In this document: positions 32,426 through 34,269 of the stretch, piece after piece
Layout of the letters: each line of letters opens with the position of its first letter
Numbering within the stretch: position 1 is the stretch's first letter
IMG/VR virus record: IMGVR_UViG_3300044759_000069
Coordinates: 1 to 34,269 of that record
DNA length: 34,269 nt
Direction: 5' to 3' (one strand)
Origin: a virus
Lineage: Duplodnaviria; Caudoviricetes
The notes under the pieces: model-generated
Database searches by the model: none
Seen by the model: only the letters and a program-made list of their open reading frames with translations
What the model was told of the DNA's origin: nothing
Made by a program: the position numbers and the translations under genes

Positions 32426-32611
32426 ATGACCATGAAGTCGCTCACGGAGGTGCATCGTCGCGGGGAAGTCCTCGCATACGCCCTTCGCTTGCTCCTCGAG
32501 CTCGCCCCCACACCCCCGTGCTCGGCGTGCTCCGCCTCGGCCAGCGGCGAGTGCGTCATGCACCGTCGATTCGCTGCGGCGCGTGCCGCCCTGGCCGAGT
32601 GGAGGAAGTAG
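32426..32611 (+). CDS. Small hypothetical protein with CxxC...CxxH
   Basis: GGAGG SD before ATG 32426; CSAC...CVMH. Confidence 0.65.
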   Translation: MTMKSLTEVHRRGEVLAYALRLLLELAPTPPCSACSASASGECVMHRRFAAARAALAEWRK

Positions 32612-32803
32612 ATGCCGACTCTCGATCACGGTCACGACCCGGACAACTGCCTGCGGTGCATCTGGGAAGAAGCGCACCAGCGTGACGCGCTCCGACAGCC
32701 GCCGATCTCCCAGCGCGTCTGGTGGAAGTCGGTCCTCTGCGCGGCGGCAGTCGCGTGCGTCATCGCGCTCTACGCGGTGGCGCTGACCAGGACGTGGAGA
32801 TGA
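32612..32803 (+). CDS. Small membrane protein with HxHxxxxCxxC and C-terminal TM
   Basis: GGAGG SD; abuts the upstream stop; hydrophobic VLCAAAVACVIALYAVAL. Confidence 0.65.
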   Translation: MPTLDHGHDPDNCLRCIWEEAHQRDALRQPPISQRVWWKSVLCAAAVACVIALYAVALTRTWR

Positions 32804-33051
32804 GGCGCCGGGGGCAGGTGAGGACCTTGCTCCGCACGCTCGGGTTGCTGGAGCAGGAGCCGCACGTCCATCCGAGCGCGGTGCGCGACATGTTGCTGCG
32901 GCAGGTTCGCGAGGCCGACGGGAGACGAATCCTCTCGCGGCAGGACGTGGATGTCGACGCGCTCCGCCGGCGCATGGTCCGCGGGCTCTCGCCGCGCGAA
33001 ACGATGTGGGACGTGATTCAAGAAGTTCGGCGGCGGGAGCGTGCCTCGTAA
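32800..33051 (+). CDS. Basic hypothetical protein (83 aa)
   Basis: ATGA overlap with upstream gene; operon continuity. Confidence 0.55.
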   Translation: MRRRGQVRTLLRTLGLLEQEPHVHPSAVRDMLLRQVREADGRRILSRQDVDVDALRRRMVRGLSPRETMWDVIQEVRRRERAS

Positions 33052-33187
33052 AAGCACGTGGAGCCCGCCAGGCCGGTTCGTCTCGGCGGTCCGCTGGAAG
33101 TGCTGGCGGTCGGATTGCCTCACGTGGGTGCACATCGTCGTGAAGGGGAGGCGAACGTGCTCAAGGCACGAGAGGAAGACGAGGTGA
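33041..33187 (+). CDS. 48-aa putative C3H zinc-finger protein (absent from ORF track)
   Basis: GGGAG SD, GTG start; MPRKSTWSPPGRFVSAVRWKCWRSDCLTWVHIVVKGRRTCSRHERKTR (C-x4-C-x13-C-x2-H); fills the gap to 33191. Confidence 0.5.
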   Translation: MPRKSTWSPPGRFVSAVRWKCWRSDCLTWVHIVVKGRRTCSRHERKTR

Positions 33188-33190
33188 CAG

Positions 33191-33478
33191 ATGTCTAAGC
33201 GCCTGTTCAGAAGGAAGAACGTGAGCCTACCCATGGCTGACGGGGCGCCGGCTGTCTTGAGTATGCACTTCGAGGTGAGCATCCCGGAGTTTAAGGGCGA
33301 CCGCTGGGAAGAGACGGCGCGGGCCTACTACCGCATGTACGCCGTCGCGTTGGTCGAGGCCTTGGCCGAACACGCGCCGGGAGCGCTCTTCGACGCCGTG
33401 TTCGGCGAGATGGCGTATCGAAAGGCGTCCCCGTTCCGCATCCCGGAGAAGCACGTCACCGACGTGGTTGGAGGGTGA
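33191..33478 (+). CDS. Hypothetical protein (95 aa)
   Basis: GAGGTG SD; operon continuity. Confidence 0.7.
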   Translation: MSKRLFRRKNVSLPMADGAPAVLSMHFEVSIPEFKGDRWEETARAYYRMYAVALVEALAEHAPGALFDAVFGEMAYRKASPFRIPEKHVTDVVGG

Positions 33479-33479
33479 G

Positions 33480-34269
33480 ATGGTTGAGGTTATTCAAGAA
33501 CGACTCACGGAGATTGAGCGCCTCAGGCTGCTGCGTGGCTCGCATGACGGCGCGGAGGCGAAGGAGTTCTGCGTCATGGAGGCCGTCGCATACGTCGCGG
33601 GCGAGCGGCACTCTGACTCTCCCGCGTGCGCGTCGCCCGTGATCTCCGCGTTCATGCGTCGGTGGAATGACGATCTCGACGACGCAGGGCGCCAGCGCTT
33701 GAAGCCCTACATCCCGCAGCTCGTCGGCACCGCGGCGACGCCGGAGATCGAGCAGGCGCGCGGATGGATGGCCGCGGACTGGCTCGTGCGCGTGCATACC
33801 GCGGCGTGGTTGCGTCTCGCGAAGCTCGACGCACAGGCCGAAGCGCTCGAGCAACTGCCGCCTATCGATAGCCCTGCGCGCCTCGATGCCTCTGTGGTTT
33901 CGATTGCCGCAGCCAGGGACGCAGCCAGGGACGCAGCCTGGGACGCAGCCTGGGCCGCAGCCAGGGCCGCAGCCTGGGACGCAGCCTGGGACGCAGCCTG
34001 GGCCGCAGCCTGGGCCGCAGCCAGGGACGCAGCCAGGGCCGCAGCCAGGGACGCAGTCAGTGACGCAGCCAGGGACGCAGCCTGGGCCGCAGCCTGGGAC
34101 GCAGCCTGGGACGCAGCCTGGGCCGCAGCCTGGGCCGCAGCCAGGGACGCAGCCAGGGACGCAGTCAGTGACGCAGCCTGGGACGCAGCCAGGGACGCAG
34201 CCAGGAAGCATCTCGAGCCCACGAAGCTGTCGCTCGAGGAGTCGGCGTTCAAGCTGCTCGATCGCATGC
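33480..34269 (+). CDS. Phage AAWD/AARD tetrapeptide-repeat protein, 3'-truncated by the window (absent from ORF track)
   Basis: GGAGGG SD, ATG 33480; MVEVIQERL...GSH...CVMEAVAYVAGERHSDSPACASPVISAFMRRWND...DWLVRVHTAAWL; open to the window end. Confidence 0.85.
   Translation, partial: MVEVIQERLTEIERLRLLRGSHDGAEAKEFCVMEAVAYVAGERHSDSPACASPVISAFMRRWNDDLDDAGRQRLKPYIPQLVGTAATPEIEQARGWMAADWLVRVHTAAWLRLAKLDAQAEALEQLPPIDSPARLDASVVSIAAARDAARDAAWDAAWAAARAAAWDAAWDAAWAAAWAAARDAARAAARDAVSDAARDAAWAAAWDAAWDAAWAAAWAAARDAARDAVSDAAWDAARDAARKHLEPTKLSLEESAFKLLDRM
33909..34205 (+). repeat. 12-bp coding tandem repeat GCAGCC(A/T)GGG(A/C)C, 24 full copies plus one partial
   Basis: Read directly; two variant copies GCAGTCAGTGAC at 34053 and 34161. 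Confidence 0.95.

Larger units (their letters stand above)
1..34269. mobile_element. Temperate lambda-like siphovirus genome segment (late accessory, head, tail, integration, immunity and early modules), probably excised/circular
   Basis: Ordered terS-terL-gpW-portal-protease/capsid-tail-TMP genes, then attP, integrase, and divergent HTH repressor pair. No host housekeeping genes. Confidence 0.96.

Noticed and set aside
30197-32685. Track ORFs running through the pentamer arrays (30197..30475, 30403..30633, 31330..31518, 31966..32559, 32019..32384, 32044..32685, 32058..32399, 30686..33133)
   Set aside because: A 5-nt period without TA leaves most frames open on both strands. Products are low-complexity ARQG/PCLA strings, and 4-nt delimiters shift phase with no regard to codons.
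33456-34267. Minus-strand repeat ORFs (PGCV and AASQ repeats)
   Set aside because: Shadows of the 12-bp repeat. The + strand ORF from 33480 has an SD, a globular N-terminal domain and operon orientation.

Overview
This window is about 34 kb of a GC-rich temperate siphovirus with lambda-type packaging. It is probably the excised or circular form, because both the candidate cos junction and attP have phage genes on each side. Left to right it holds: late accessory genes (two small 2-TM proteins, a lipoprotein beta-helix, a LamG protein); a lambda-like cos candidate (4977-5020); TerS, GpA-type TerL, gpW and lambda-family portal; an inserted LexA-like wHTH gene with a tandem palindromic operator; a protease-capsid fusion, DUF2190 and a glycosyltransferase-like gene; the tail module with a -1 frameshift site, tape measure and tail tip/fiber genes; an SGNH-hydrolase moron; attP (3' part of tRNA-Leu(UAG), arm repeats, IHF consensus); integrase/xis; a cI/cro-like switch; and the early operon. 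The main finding is at 30.2-32.4 kb: a solitary RAMP/Cas7-like gene and a partner gene sit among three non-coding arrays of GGY-NN pentamers (134 pentamers in 10 units separated by GGCA/GGCG). This looks like a CRISPR-independent RNA-guided system whose variable NN dinucleotides form a gapped targeting code, and it matches my recollection of the recently reported VIPR systems. All calls come from reading motifs by eye. No database search was run and the host cannot be identified from this window.
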